Source: an uncultured delta proteobacterium (GTDB taxonomy: Bacteria; Desulfobacterota; Zymogenia; Zymogenales; Zymogenaceae). Taken from it: a DNA stretch of 64,000 nucleotides. Under the pieces are notes generated by a model. It was not told the DNA's origin. It searched no databases and worked only from the letters and a program-made list of their open reading frames with translations. Both the position numbers and the translations under genes were made by a program. Positions within the stretch are counted from its first letter, which is position 1, and the number at the start of each line of letters is the position of its first letter. Shown here piece by piece: positions 1-10,192 of the stretch. Location: NCBI GenBank assembly GCA_963735595.1, contig CAVTLK010000005.1, positions 384,001 to 448,000 on the forward strand. Direction: 5' to 3'.

Positions 1-738
1 GGCGACGGAGTTCGCATTGGACCCTATGCTATCGTGGGAGAGCGGGTCCGGCTCGGCGACAACGTTTCGATCGGCTCCCATACGGTTATCGAGGGCGACA
101 CGGTCCTCGGCGACGGCTGCGTTGTTTACCCGCACGCCTGTATCGGGGCGAAATCCCAGGACCTTAAAGACTCGGGGTCCGGGGGCAAGCTTGTAATTGG
201 TAAGGCGTGCGTCTTTCGTGAATTTGTTACGGTCAATACCGGGACCCCGGACGGGGGCGGTGTAACCAGCATGGGCGACGGTAACTTCCTTATGGCCTAC
301 GTGCACGTCGCCCATGACTGCCATCTCGGCAGTAACATCGTCATGGCCAACGTCGCGACGCTGGCCGGGCACGTCACGATTGAGGACTTCGTCGGTCTCG
401 GTGGTCTGGTGGCCGTCCACCAGTTCGTCAGGATCGGGAGGAACGCGTTTATCGGCGGAGGTACGATGATCCCGATGGATATCGCCCCGTTCATGAAAGC
501 GACGCACGGTGATAATCCCCGTGCCCGGATTATCGGCCTCAATTCGATCGGGCTGGGGCGAAGAGGGTTTGCGCCCGAAACGATTGAGGCCCTCAAACGT
601 GCCTACAGGATCATCTGGAGATCAAAGAAGCTGTGCGCGGAGGCGCTCGATCAGGCACAGGCCGAGCTCGGGGGCGTCCCGGAGGTAGACTATCTTCTGA
701 ACTTTATCCGCTCCTCGACCCGCGGCATCACACGATAG
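1..738 (+). CDS. lpxA: UDP-N-acetylglucosamine acyltransferase (5' truncated by window)
   Basis: Hexapeptide repeats, FREFVTVNTGT, HVAHDC, LAGHV, VHQF, GLNSIGLGRRGF; frame is open from base 1. Confidence 0.95.
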   Translation, partial: GDGVRIGPYAIVGERVRLGDNVSIGSHTVIEGDTVLGDGCVVYPHACIGAKSQDLKDSGSGGKLVIGKACVFREFVTVNTGTPDGGGVTSMGDGNFLMAYVHVAHDCHLGSNIVMANVATLAGHVTIEDFVGLGGLVAVHQFVRIGRNAFIGGGTMIPMDIAPFMKATHGDNPRARIIGLNSIGLGRRGFAPETIEALKRAYRIIWRSKKLCAEALDQAQAELGGVPEVDYLLNFIRSSTRGITR

Positions 739-880
739 CCGATCGGGCGACCGACGGAAGGATCTGCACGTCGTCCGCCCCCGTTCGGGCGGGGCGTTGT
801 AAAACGGCGCTGGAAGCAGCGGATACGGCCAGGGAAATAACCCTACGGGCCGCCGCGCCGGCGCCGTCATAGGATTAGCG

Positions 881-1861
881 GTGAACACTACGGACAGAAA
901 AATCAGGGTCGGGATAGTCGGTGTCGGCTATCTCGGCAAGTACCATCTCGAGAAATACCTCGGCATCCAGGGGGTCGACGTTGTCGGCATCTGCGATACG
1001 AACCAGGAAACCGGAAAGCGGATTGCCGAGGAAAACGGAATTCCCTATACCGTCGATTATCGGCAGTTCATCGGCACGGTCGATGCGGTCAGTGTCGTCG
1101 TTCCGACCGTGCATCATCATCGGGTCGCGATAGATTTCTTGAATGCGGGCGTCGACGTCTTCGTGGAAAAACCGATCACCACGAGCCTCGTCGAAGCGCA
1201 GTCTCTTATCGATACCGCGGAATCCCGGGGATTGATCCTCCAGGTGGGTCACCTGGAACGTTTCAACCCCGCGGTCCTGGCCCTGAATGGGACGATGCGG
1301 GAACCGATGTTCATTGAATCCCATCGTCTCTCCCCCTTCCCCGATCGATCTGTTGATATAGACGTGATCCTCGATCTGATGATCCACGACATCGACATTA
1401 TCCTCAACATCGTGAAATCTCCGATCAGACATATCGATGCGGTAGGCGTGCCGATCATCACCGACCAGGTGGATATCGTCAACGCGCGGCTTAATTTCGA
1501 GAGCGGGTGCGTGGCTAACGTTACCGCCAGCCGTGTCAGTCTGGAGAAGATGAGGAAGATCAGGATATTTCAATCCGACGCCTATATCTCTATTGATTAC
1601 GCCGCGCAAAAGATCGAGGTCTATAAGCGAATCGGCGACGGTAAGGATCATTTTTCCATCGTCAAACAGGACATGGACATATCCCCGTCCGACTACCTCG
1701 GCGACGAGATCCGGTCCTTTGTTGAGGCGGTCCGTACCAGGGGAACACCCTCCGTCACCGGCAGGGACGGCAAACGCGCACTCGAGGTGGCGATGCTGAT
1801 ACGAGAGCGGCTCGAAGAGTCGATGACGCGGCTCAGAGAAAAGGGAATCCTTACCCAATGA
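881..1861 (+). CDS. Gfo/Idh/MocA oxidoreductase, GnnA-like (putative UDP-GlcNAc 3-dehydrogenase)
   Basis: GVGYLG Rossmann motif, VEKP, GHLERFNPA, DLMIHDID; lies between lpxA and lpxB. Confidence 0.85.
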   Translation: MNTTDRKIRVGIVGVGYLGKYHLEKYLGIQGVDVVGICDTNQETGKRIAEENGIPYTVDYRQFIGTVDAVSVVVPTVHHHRVAIDFLNAGVDVFVEKPITTSLVEAQSLIDTAESRGLILQVGHLERFNPAVLALNGTMREPMFIESHRLSPFPDRSVDIDVILDLMIHDIDIILNIVKSPIRHIDAVGVPIITDQVDIVNARLNFESGCVANVTASRVSLEKMRKIRIFQSDAYISIDYAAQKIEVYKRIGDGKDHFSIVKQDMDISPSDYLGDEIRSFVEAVRTRGTPSVTGRDGKRALEVAMLIRERLEESMTRLREKGILTQ

Positions 1862-1902
1862 GCGATAGGCATACGCGCAACGCTGCGGACGACGGCCGCG
1901 TA

Positions 1903-3027
1903 ATGAAACGGGTCCTTATCGTGGCAGGAGAGGCGTCCGGCGATCTCTACGGCGGCCAATTGATCCGGGAGGTGACCCGTGTTGCCCCCCGGACATCGTT
2001 TTTCGGCGTCGGCGGCGTCTCGATGCGGGAGGCGGGGCTTTCGGTCCTCTCCCGGTCCGAAGATATTACCGTCGTGGGCCTCTTCGAGGTAATCCGCCAC
2101 CTGGGGGTAATCAGACGGGCGCTGAAGAATGTCACCGAGTCGATCCGCAGCAAACGCCCGGACCTCGTCGTTCTCATCGATTTTCCAGACTTCAACTTTC
2201 GAGTGGCGCGGGCCGCCCGCAAAGCGGGCGTCCCGGTCTTTTACTATATCAGCCCGCAGGTGTGGGCGTGGCGCCGGGGCAGGGTCAAGACGCTGGCGGG
2301 GCTTGTCGACAAGATGATCGTAATATTTCCCTTTGAGGTTGACATCTATCGAAAGGCCGGGATCGACGTGGAGTTCCTGGGGCACCCGCTCGTGGATGAA
2401 GTGAGCCGGAAGGTCAGGGGGCTGACGATTGCCAAAGCGCGCAATCCCGTCATTGCGCTGCTTCCCGGGAGCAGAAAGGGCGAGATCGAGCGCCACATGC
2501 CGGTCATGCGGGAGGCGGCGGGCATCATCGCAAAAAAGCTCCCGAATGCGTCGTTCATTCTACCGCTTGCCCCAACGCTCGTCCCGGAAGATATCGAGAG
2601 TTACCTCGCCGATTCGCCCGTACCGATACGGATGCGCGAGGGGGCGTTCCACGAGGTGGTCAAGGGGGCGGACGTCGCCGTGGTCAGCTCGGGAACGGCC
2701 ACCGTCGAGACGGCCCTTTTGGGGACCCCGATGGTGGTCATCTACCGGCTCAATTCGCTTACGTTTTTCCTTGCGCGGATGCTGATCCGGGTGCCCTATA
2801 TCGCCATGGTCAACCTGATCGCGGGAAGGCTCGTGGTGCCGGAATTGATTCAACATGAGGCCCGCGCCGAAACGATCGCCCGGGAGGCCCTCACCATCCT
2901 GGATGACGGGGTGATACGTCGGCGGATGAAGGCCGATCTGCGGGAGGTCGCGCGGGTCATCGGCCGGCCCGGCGCGTCACGCCGGATCGCTGCCAGGGTC
3001 GTGGAATTCCTGAACCGCAAGGGTTAG
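1903..3027 (+). CDS. lpxB: Lipid-A-disaccharide synthase
   Basis: AGEASGD, IDFPDFN, SPQVWAWR, LLPGSR, SGTATVE; alternative start 1858. Confidence 0.95.
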   Translation: MKRVLIVAGEASGDLYGGQLIREVTRVAPRTSFFGVGGVSMREAGLSVLSRSEDITVVGLFEVIRHLGVIRRALKNVTESIRSKRPDLVVLIDFPDFNFRVARAARKAGVPVFYYISPQVWAWRRGRVKTLAGLVDKMIVIFPFEVDIYRKAGIDVEFLGHPLVDEVSRKVRGLTIAKARNPVIALLPGSRKGEIERHMPVMREAAGIIAKKLPNASFILPLAPTLVPEDIESYLADSPVPIRMREGAFHEVVKGADVAVVSSGTATVETALLGTPMVVIYRLNSLTFFLARMLIRVPYIAMVNLIAGRLVVPELIQHEARAETIAREALTILDDGVIRRRMKADLREVARVIGRPGASRRIAARVVEFLNRKG

Positions 3028-3128
3028 CCCTGAGCGCGCCCTCGATCCTGGAGCGAAACGGCGCTTCTATACGATGCCCGGATACGGGCCGTAAGACACT
3101 CGATCGTGAAAAGTTAAAAGGGCGGACG

Positions 3129-3731
3129 ATGGGAAACGGAATCGAACAACTTCTCGTAGTAGACAAGGCGCTCTTCTTTGGCATTAACGGATCGTGGGCG
3201 TCGCCTGCCCTGGATATCGTAATGGTTTTCATTACGCTGTTTGGAAACGGGCTTTTCCTGGCGGGCATCGTGGCGCCGCTCCTCTATTTCGGAGATCGGC
3301 GCCATTTTAAGTCCCGCGGCCCGGTGATCGTTGCCGCGGTGCTCCTCGGGGTCCTGATAAACAACATCATCAAGGAAGCCGTGGGGCGGCCGCGGCCGCT
3401 GGCCGAGTTTTCGGAGGAGATCCGAACGGGGGCCGTCTGGGTGCATACCGTCTTTGAACGTTGGCGCGGCAACTCGTTTCCCTCCGGCCACTCCCAGAGC
3501 GCTTTCGGGACGGCGACAGCCGTCGCATATTATTACCGGGGATGGTATACTCCACTGACGTTCGTCCTGGCAGCTGCGGTAGCGGTTTCAAGGGTGTACC
3601 TGGGCGTCCACTTCCCGTTGGATACGGCGACGGGGGCGCTGGTCGGGGTGGCCTGCAGCCTCGGGATGTGTGTGGCCTGGGAAAAGGGGAAACGCCTCGT
3701 CGCGCGGCGAAAAAAGGCAACGCAACCGTAG
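3129..3731 (+). CDS. PAP2 family membrane phosphatase (LpxE/LpxF-like candidate)
   Basis: C1 KEAVGRPRP, C2 PSGH, C3 SRVYLGVHFPLD; several TM helices. Confidence 0.9.
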   Translation: MGNGIEQLLVVDKALFFGINGSWASPALDIVMVFITLFGNGLFLAGIVAPLLYFGDRRHFKSRGPVIVAAVLLGVLINNIIKEAVGRPRPLAEFSEEIRTGAVWVHTVFERWRGNSFPSGHSQSAFGTATAVAYYYRGWYTPLTFVLAAAVAVSRVYLGVHFPLDTATGALVGVACSLGMCVAWEKGKRLVARRKKATQP

Positions 3732-3806
3732 CATGACGGAGATCGGGATTTTCGCGCGGGGAGACGGTCTTTCGGACCCCGGGGTGTAATTAGATTAATT
3801 TCTATC

Positions 3807-4397
3807 ATGGCAAATCGAATGACTGACACATCCTTCCGGCAGCGTCTTTTAGAGGCCGACCGCAGGGTATTCCTGTTCCTCAACGGCTCCTTTCACAGCC
3901 GCGTGCTTGACGTCTTCATGGTGGGTATTAGCCAGTCCGGGAACGGATGGCTGTTGGTGCCGATATTGGCGCTTATCCTCTACCGGGTTGAAGGAATATG
4001 GCTCTCCCACCGGCTTATCGTTATCGCGGCCACGGTAATCCTCGGGGGGATCCTTGTCGTTATTGTCAAGAATATAATCGGCCGCCGAAGGCCGTTATCC
4101 GCATTCAGGGAAGATATAAAGAACGGGAAGGTTTCGGTGCATACGGTACTGGAGCGGGCGCGAAAGAAGTCGTTTCCCTCGGGACATTCCCAAACGGCCC
4201 TGGCCGCATTTATCTCAATAACCTGGTACTGGGCCGGATGGTATACGCCGCTGATATTAGTCTGGTCGATCATCGTTTCCTTTTCGCGGATATACCTGGG
4301 CATCCACTTTCCGATCGACATTATCGTCGGGGCGGTGCTCGGAATTCTTATGTCTCTCCTGATTTGCGCCGCGGCGGCTTTCTTCGGGTTTGCATAG
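3807..4397 (+). CDS. PAP2 family membrane phosphatase, paralog of upstream gene
   Basis: C1 KNIIGRRRP, C2 PSGH, C3 SRIYLGIHFPID. Confidence 0.9.
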   Translation: MANRMTDTSFRQRLLEADRRVFLFLNGSFHSRVLDVFMVGISQSGNGWLLVPILALILYRVEGIWLSHRLIVIAATVILGGILVVIVKNIIGRRRPLSAFREDIKNGKVSVHTVLERARKKSFPSGHSQTALAAFISITWYWAGWYTPLILVWSIIVSFSRIYLGIHFPIDIIVGAVLGILMSLLICAAAAFFGFA

Positions 4398-4706
4398 GCC
4401 GAGTGGGCGTGCCCGGCCGGCAGCGCCCGGATTCCCCCGCTAACGGCGTGTAAAAAAGCGGGCGCCCGACGGATTGACGAGATGGACGGGAAATTCCCGC
4501 GTAACCGGCCGTATATAAAAGATTTCTTGAGGATGATCGATAGGTGTGATACTCTAACATGTTAATGAAACGTCACCGGGGAGAGGAGGCCGGGTAATCG
4601 GGAACGGTGAAAATGATCACGGCCCGCGCCCGCGCCCGTGCCGTATGCCGGTGCCAGGAGTCCCGGTATGATCCTCCGGCTTTTCCGGAGGCATAGAAGA
4701 ATCTGC

Positions 4707-6548
4707 ATGGATATCGTAAAGGGAATGATAGTCACAAAAATCAAAGAAACGATCCTGGGAATCAAGGCGCGGTACAAATCAGCCGATGAGGTTTTCCAGC
4801 TCTACCAGCGCCTGCTCGCCTATATTAAACCGTATCGGGGCAGGTTTATCGTGGCAATTGCGATGAATCTGATTTATTCGGCCACCTCGGCGGGCGTCGC
4901 GTATATGGTGCAGCCCCTCATGGCCGAGATCATCGAAGCAAAGAATATGCGGCTGCTGATTCTCCTGGTCATCGTGATTACGGTCATAAACCTCACCAGG
5001 GCCATAGTCAACTTCACCGGAACATACCTGCTGAGGTCGGTCGGCCTGCTCCTGGTCAGGGACGTAAGGGATAGGCTCTACGGGCACATCCAGAAGCTTT
5101 CGCTCAAGTTCTTTTCCGGGACCCATACCGGTGTTCTCACCTCCAGGATCACTAACGACGTGAACCTGATCACGGTTTCGGTCAATGCCATTGAAGGACT
5201 CGTCAAGGACCCGCTGACTATTATCGGGCTAATCGTGGTCGCGTTCACGATGGACCCGAAACTGTCCCTCTTTACCTTCGTGGTGCTGCCGTTTATCGCC
5301 CTGCCGGTGATTCAGATCGCTCGGAAGGTCAGGAAATTCTCGACCAAGGGACAGGAGAAGACCGCCGATATCACCACCGTCCTCATGGAGACGTTCTCCG
5401 GCGCACGGATCGTCAAGGCCTTCGGTATGGAAAAGTATGAGACCGAGCGGTTCGAACGGGAGAACTTCAAGCTCTTCAAGACCTTTCTCAGGAGCGCGCG
5501 CGTCAAGGCGATGAATGACCCGGTTAACGAGTTGTTTGCCACGGTCGGCCTGGCGGTAGTTCTCATCTACGGCGGATACCAGTCGTTTCAGGATAAGGCG
5601 TACTTCTCGCATTTCATTGCGTTTTCCGTGGCCGTTGCGATGATTTGGCCGTCGATCCGTTCGATCACCAAAATATTCAATTCCATTCAGGAGGCCATCG
5701 CTGCAGCGGTGCGTATATTTAACGTCCTTGATACCAAGCCGGATATCGTCGACAAACCGGGAGCGCACGACCTTGGCCCAATCAAAAACGAGGTGAAGTT
5801 CTCTCACGTATGGTTTTCTTATGACGACCAGCCCGTTCTCAGGAATATCAACCTCAGGGTTCGGGCGGGCGAGGTAATAGCCTTCGTGGGCATGAGCGGC
5901 GGCGGCAAGACAACCCTCGTAAACCTCGTCCCCCGGTTTTACGACGTCACGAAGGGATCGGTTACCATTGACGGGATGGACGTCCGCGACGTTACCATGA
6001 AATCGGTACGGTCTCAGGTCGGGATCGTGACCCAGCAGACGATCCTCTTTTCCGACTCCATTAAGAACAACATCGCCTACGGCACGCATGGCACGTCCGA
6101 TGAGATGATCTTCGCCGCGGCCAGGGCCGCAAACGCCCATAAATTCATCAGACGGCTGCCGAATGGGTACGATACCCTGATCGGGGAACAGGGGATGCGG
6201 CTGTCGGGCGGGGAGCGCCAGCGCATATCGATCGCCCGGGCTATCCTCAAGGATGCGCCGATTCTTATCCTGGACGAAGCGACCTCGTCGCTGGATACGG
6301 AAAGCGAGATGGAGGTTCAGAAGGCGCTGGAGAATCTCATGAAAGGCCGAACCACGTTCGTTATCGCGCACCGCCTGTCCACGATAAAGTACGCGGACAG
6401 GATCGTGGTCCTGGTTTCCGGCAGGATCGTGGAAGAGGGAACCCACGATGAACTACTCGCCAAATCGGGTGAGTATAAGAAGCTTTACGACATGCAGTTC
6501 CGTGATACTTCCGACATCACGTATGAGGAGCCGGTTTCCTCACCATGA
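4707..6548 (+). CDS. msbA: Lipid A export ABC transporter (TMD+NBD)
   Basis: TM domain plus Walker A GMSGGGKT, LSGGERQR, ILILDEATS; LPS context; start uncertain (4707/4725). Confidence 0.88.
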   Translation: MDIVKGMIVTKIKETILGIKARYKSADEVFQLYQRLLAYIKPYRGRFIVAIAMNLIYSATSAGVAYMVQPLMAEIIEAKNMRLLILLVIVITVINLTRAIVNFTGTYLLRSVGLLLVRDVRDRLYGHIQKLSLKFFSGTHTGVLTSRITNDVNLITVSVNAIEGLVKDPLTIIGLIVVAFTMDPKLSLFTFVVLPFIALPVIQIARKVRKFSTKGQEKTADITTVLMETFSGARIVKAFGMEKYETERFERENFKLFKTFLRSARVKAMNDPVNELFATVGLAVVLIYGGYQSFQDKAYFSHFIAFSVAVAMIWPSIRSITKIFNSIQEAIAAAVRIFNVLDTKPDIVDKPGAHDLGPIKNEVKFSHVWFSYDDQPVLRNINLRVRAGEVIAFVGMSGGGKTTLVNLVPRFYDVTKGSVTIDGMDVRDVTMKSVRSQVGIVTQQTILFSDSIKNNIAYGTHGTSDEMIFAAARAANAHKFIRRLPNGYDTLIGEQGMRLSGGERQRISIARAILKDAPILILDEATSSLDTESEMEVQKALENLMKGRTTFVIAHRLSTIKYADRIVVLVSGRIVEEGTHDELLAKSGEYKKLYDMQFRDTSDITYEEPVSSP

Positions 6549-6641
6549 CTTTTGCCGTCGGCCCCCGGCGCCCGTAATCGACCGATAGATCGCGGGGTTG
6601 CCGAGGAGACCGCGAGCTGAATACCGTGCGAGGGTCGAATC

Positions 6642-8501
6642 GTGGATATCCTGGAGCGGCTCCATTCCCTTGATATCGTACTCTTTTACCTCATTAACCA
6701 TTCCATGAGCTCGCCTTTCATGGACGGCTTTATGCTTTTCATGACAAAAATGGATCTTTCTAAGGTCCTGATGATCACCGTTATTTCGATCTACGCGGTA
6801 TTCAAGGGGCGGGGCAGGGCGCTGTGGGTGATCGTCCTTGCCGGCCTCGCCGTGGGGCTTACGGATCAACTGTCATCCCATCTGCTCAAGAACGTCTTCG
6901 AGCGCATTCGTCCCTGTCATATCCTGCCGGATGTCCACCTGCTGGCCCGGTGCCCGTCAAGCTTTTCGTTTCCCTCTTCGCACGCGGCAAACTTCAGCTC
7001 GGTGGCAACCGTGCTGATCGGATATGTCCCTATGAGCGCCCTCGTCATGATCCCGCTGACGCTGGTCGTGGCGGCGTCGCGCGTTTCGGTGGGCGTTCAC
7101 TGGCCGTCGGACGTGATCGGGGGGATCATGGTCGGCGCGATCAGCGGGTTCGTCGTCGTTTTACTGAGCAGGAAGGTTCGTAACTCCTGGAAGAAACCCG
7201 CGGGCCGGCGCGATACCGGCGATACGGTATGGTTCCTGTTCTACACCGCGGTTATGTCTCTGCTATTTCCGGTTATCCTTTTCGTGTATGGCAGGGGGAT
7301 CCTGGCCGGAAGGCAGGGGAGAGCGGGTTGGCGTGAGCGCCTGGGCAGGATGGATCCGGTCGGCGGCCGGCCCCTCTGGGTACATGCCGCCTCGGTGGGA
7401 GAGACGGCGGCCGCCGTTGCCCTTATCGAGCAGATCAGGGCCGACAGGGGGGATATCCCGGTGGTCCTTTCGGTCAATACCCCGGCGGCGCGCTCAATCG
7501 CCGCGGCGCGGCTGAAGGGCGGGACGGTCTGCTATTTCCCTTTCGATTTCCCATGGGTCGTGCGGCGGGCGCTGGACCGGATCGACCCCCGCGCGGTTAT
7601 CTTCATGGAGGCCGAGATATGGCCCGCCTTTGTCCGGGAGGCCGCTCATCGGAAGATTCCCCTTCTCCTGGTCAACGGCAGGATGTCGGAGAAGACCTAC
7701 AGACGCTTCCGATATATCAACGGGTTTATGCGGCGGGTACTCGGCCGCTTTTCCCTCGTCACGGCACAGTCGGCCGAATACAGGGAACGATATACCACGC
7801 TCGGGTGTGATCCGGCCCGGGTGCTGGTCACCGGCAACATTAAGTATGATATCGGCCCGGGCAAACAGAAGGCGGCAGATGACCTGAAGCAATTCATGTC
7901 GGTGAGAAAGCGGCCTGTCCTGATCGCCGGGAGCACGCACGGCGGCGAGGAGGAGATCGTCCTGGATGCCTTTACGCGCCTTGCCGGACGATTTCCCGAC
8001 CTGCTATTGATACTGGCTCCGCGCCATCTGGCGAGAACCGGCGACGTGGAGCGGCTGTTGAAGGGCCGGACGATCGGGTACGTAAAGCGGAGCCGGCTAC
8101 CGGCCGACGGCCATGCGCCCTCTCACGCGGTGCTCTTGCTGGATACCCTCGGCGAGCTGGCGGGATTGCTGGCATTCGGGGACGCGGTCATCATCGGCGG
8201 CAGCCTCGTTGCCGGCATCGGCGGCCATAACGTCCTGGAGGCGGCCGCGGTGGGAAAGCCCGCCGTCTTCGGCCCTTTCATGGGCAACTTTCCGCAGATA
8301 TCCAGGGACCTGATCGAGGCCGGTGGCGGATTCGTGGTACGCGACGCGCATGAGCTTACCGAGATCGCCGCGCGGTTAATCGCGGACCGCACCTTTGCCG
8401 AAGACGCGGGACGGCAGGCGCTTGACCTGGTCCGCGCCAACCGGGGGGCGACGGCCCAGACGGCGGCGGCCGTTGCCCGTTATCTATCAGATGGCGGGTG
8501 A
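6642..8501 (+). CDS. waaA: Fusion: N-terminal PAP2 phosphatase + Kdo transferase (WaaA/KdtA)
   Basis: N-term KNVFERIRP/PSSH/SRVSVGVHWPSD; C-term WVHAASVGE, EAEIWP, NGRMS, GSTH, APRH, DTLGEL, GGHNVLE. Confidence 0.9.
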   Translation: MDILERLHSLDIVLFYLINHSMSSPFMDGFMLFMTKMDLSKVLMITVISIYAVFKGRGRALWVIVLAGLAVGLTDQLSSHLLKNVFERIRPCHILPDVHLLARCPSSFSFPSSHAANFSSVATVLIGYVPMSALVMIPLTLVVAASRVSVGVHWPSDVIGGIMVGAISGFVVVLLSRKVRNSWKKPAGRRDTGDTVWFLFYTAVMSLLFPVILFVYGRGILAGRQGRAGWRERLGRMDPVGGRPLWVHAASVGETAAAVALIEQIRADRGDIPVVLSVNTPAARSIAAARLKGGTVCYFPFDFPWVVRRALDRIDPRAVIFMEAEIWPAFVREAAHRKIPLLLVNGRMSEKTYRRFRYINGFMRRVLGRFSLVTAQSAEYRERYTTLGCDPARVLVTGNIKYDIGPGKQKAADDLKQFMSVRKRPVLIAGSTHGGEEEIVLDAFTRLAGRFPDLLLILAPRHLARTGDVERLLKGRTIGYVKRSRLPADGHAPSHAVLLLDTLGELAGLLAFGDAVIIGGSLVAGIGGHNVLEAAAVGKPAVFGPFMGNFPQISRDLIEAGGGFVVRDAHELTEIAARLIADRTFAEDAGRQALDLVRANRGATAQTAAAVARYLSDGG

Positions 8502-8510
8502 GAACGGGGC

Positions 8511-9602
8511 ATGAGGATTACGCAAATCATCACATCGCTTCATCAGAACCCGCGCGCCCGATGGTGGGTCATAGCCGGGCTCTTTCCCGTGTATCTCGCG
8601 TCGCTGGCCTACGGCGCCGTCATGCGCGTCAGGCGGTGGTGTTACCGCGTTGGGGTGTTTCGGGTCAGGCGTTTGCCCGTCGTGGTGGTCTGCGTGGGTA
8701 ATATCACGACCGGCGGAACGGGCAAGACGCCCGCGGTCATTCACCTCGCGCGGCGGATCGCCGGTTCCGGCATTAAAACAGCCGTGATATCGAGGGGTTA
8801 TGGCTTTCACGTTACCGGGGGTTACCTCATCGTCTCCGGCCCGGACGGCCCGCTCCGGGAGGCCGGGCAGGCCCCGGATGAAGCCCTTATGACCGCCCGG
8901 AAGCTCCCCGGAGTCCCCGTCGTAGTCTCGCCCAACCGATACCGGGCGGGCAAGGCCGCCCTGGACTGTTTCGGCGCCGAGGTTTTGCTTATGGACGACG
9001 GGTTCCAGCACCTCGGCCTCTTTCGGGATATCGACGTCCTCGTGGTGGATGGGGCCAATCCCGTTGGAAACGGACTGGTGCTGCCGGCAGGCCCGCTTCG
9101 GGAGCCGGTGTCGGGCGCGGAACGCGCCGACGCGGTCTGGCTATACGGGCAGGCGACGGAGAGACTACCCGCCGGGCTAACGGCCTTTCTGGACGGCAAA
9201 CCGATCATCCGGGCGCGGATGGTGCCGGGTGGGTTGGTGACTGGCACGGGCGAGGCGATTCCGGCGGGAAGGTTGGCCGGGACGCGGGTATTGGCGTTCT
9301 GCGGAATCGCCCGTCCCCAGCGGTTCTTCGAGGCCGTCGGGCGGATGGGGGCCGTGACGGCCGGTCGTGAGGCCTTTCCCGATCACCATCGCTACGCGGA
9401 TGACGACGTGGACCGTCTTAACCGCCGGGCACGGGAGGCCGGGGCCGGGTTGATGATTACCACCGAAAAGGACCTGGCTCGGCTTTCGGCCGGGAAGACG
9501 TTTACGGTGCCGGTCGCCGCGCTCGTCATGGATCTCGAGGTTACCGGCGATGACGCGCTGATCGAAATGATTGCCAAACGGCTGAAGGAGAGGACGGCAT
9601 GA
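8511..9602 (+). CDS. lpxK: Tetraacyldisaccharide 4'-kinase
   Basis: VGNITTGGTGKTP, SRGYG, DDGFQH, PAGPLRE, FPDHH, TTEKD. Confidence 0.95.
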   Translation: MRITQIITSLHQNPRARWWVIAGLFPVYLASLAYGAVMRVRRWCYRVGVFRVRRLPVVVVCVGNITTGGTGKTPAVIHLARRIAGSGIKTAVISRGYGFHVTGGYLIVSGPDGPLREAGQAPDEALMTARKLPGVPVVVSPNRYRAGKAALDCFGAEVLLMDDGFQHLGLFRDIDVLVVDGANPVGNGLVLPAGPLREPVSGAERADAVWLYGQATERLPAGLTAFLDGKPIIRARMVPGGLVTGTGEAIPAGRLAGTRVLAFCGIARPQRFFEAVGRMGAVTAGREAFPDHHRYADDDVDRLNRRAREAGAGLMITTEKDLARLSAGKTFTVPVAALVMDLEVTGDDALIEMIAKRLKERTA

Positions 9603-10177
9603 ACGACAGGGCGAGACCGGCGGTCTTTCTCGACCGGGATGGGACGATCAACGTGGAGGTAGGATACCTTTCGCGCCCGGAGGATCTGAGGCTCATCAAT
9701 GGTAGCGCGGGCGCGATCAGGCGGCTCAACGAGGCAGGGTTCCTGGTGGTAGTGGTTTCCAACCAGTCGGGGGTAGCCCGGGGTTACTTCAGCGAGGAGG
9801 CGGTTGAAAGGGTTAACGGGGCGATGGCACGCCGCCTCGAGCGGCGCGGCGCGCGCCTTGATGCAGTATACTACTGCCCCCATTACCCCGAGGGGGTTGC
9901 GGACCGTTACCGCCGGGAGTGCGACTGCCGAAAACCGGCCCCGGGTATGGTCCGGCGCGCCCAGGAGGACCTCGGTATCGACGTCCCGCGTTCCTACGTC
10001 GTCGGGGACCACCTGGGGGACATCCTGCTGGCGAAAAACGTCGGCGCCAGGTCGATCCTCGTTGCCACCGGCCACGGCGCCGATGAGATAGAGAAGCTCA
10101 CGGGGAAGGGGATCGAACCCGACTTTGTCGTGAAAAACCTGGCCGAAGCGGTTGACCGCATACTATCTGAGCGCTAA
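9599..10177 (+). CDS. gmhB: D-glycero-beta-D-manno-heptose 1,7-bisphosphate phosphatase
   Basis: FLDRDGTIN, SNQSG, YCPH..CDCRKP, VGD. Confidence 0.92.
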   Translation: MNDRARPAVFLDRDGTINVEVGYLSRPEDLRLINGSAGAIRRLNEAGFLVVVVSNQSGVARGYFSEEAVERVNGAMARRLERRGARLDAVYYCPHYPEGVADRYRRECDCRKPAPGMVRRAQEDLGIDVPRSYVVGDHLGDILLAKNVGARSILVATGHGADEIEKLTGKGIEPDFVVKNLAEAVDRILSER

Positions 10178-10192
10178 CAAGGAGGAATAGTC

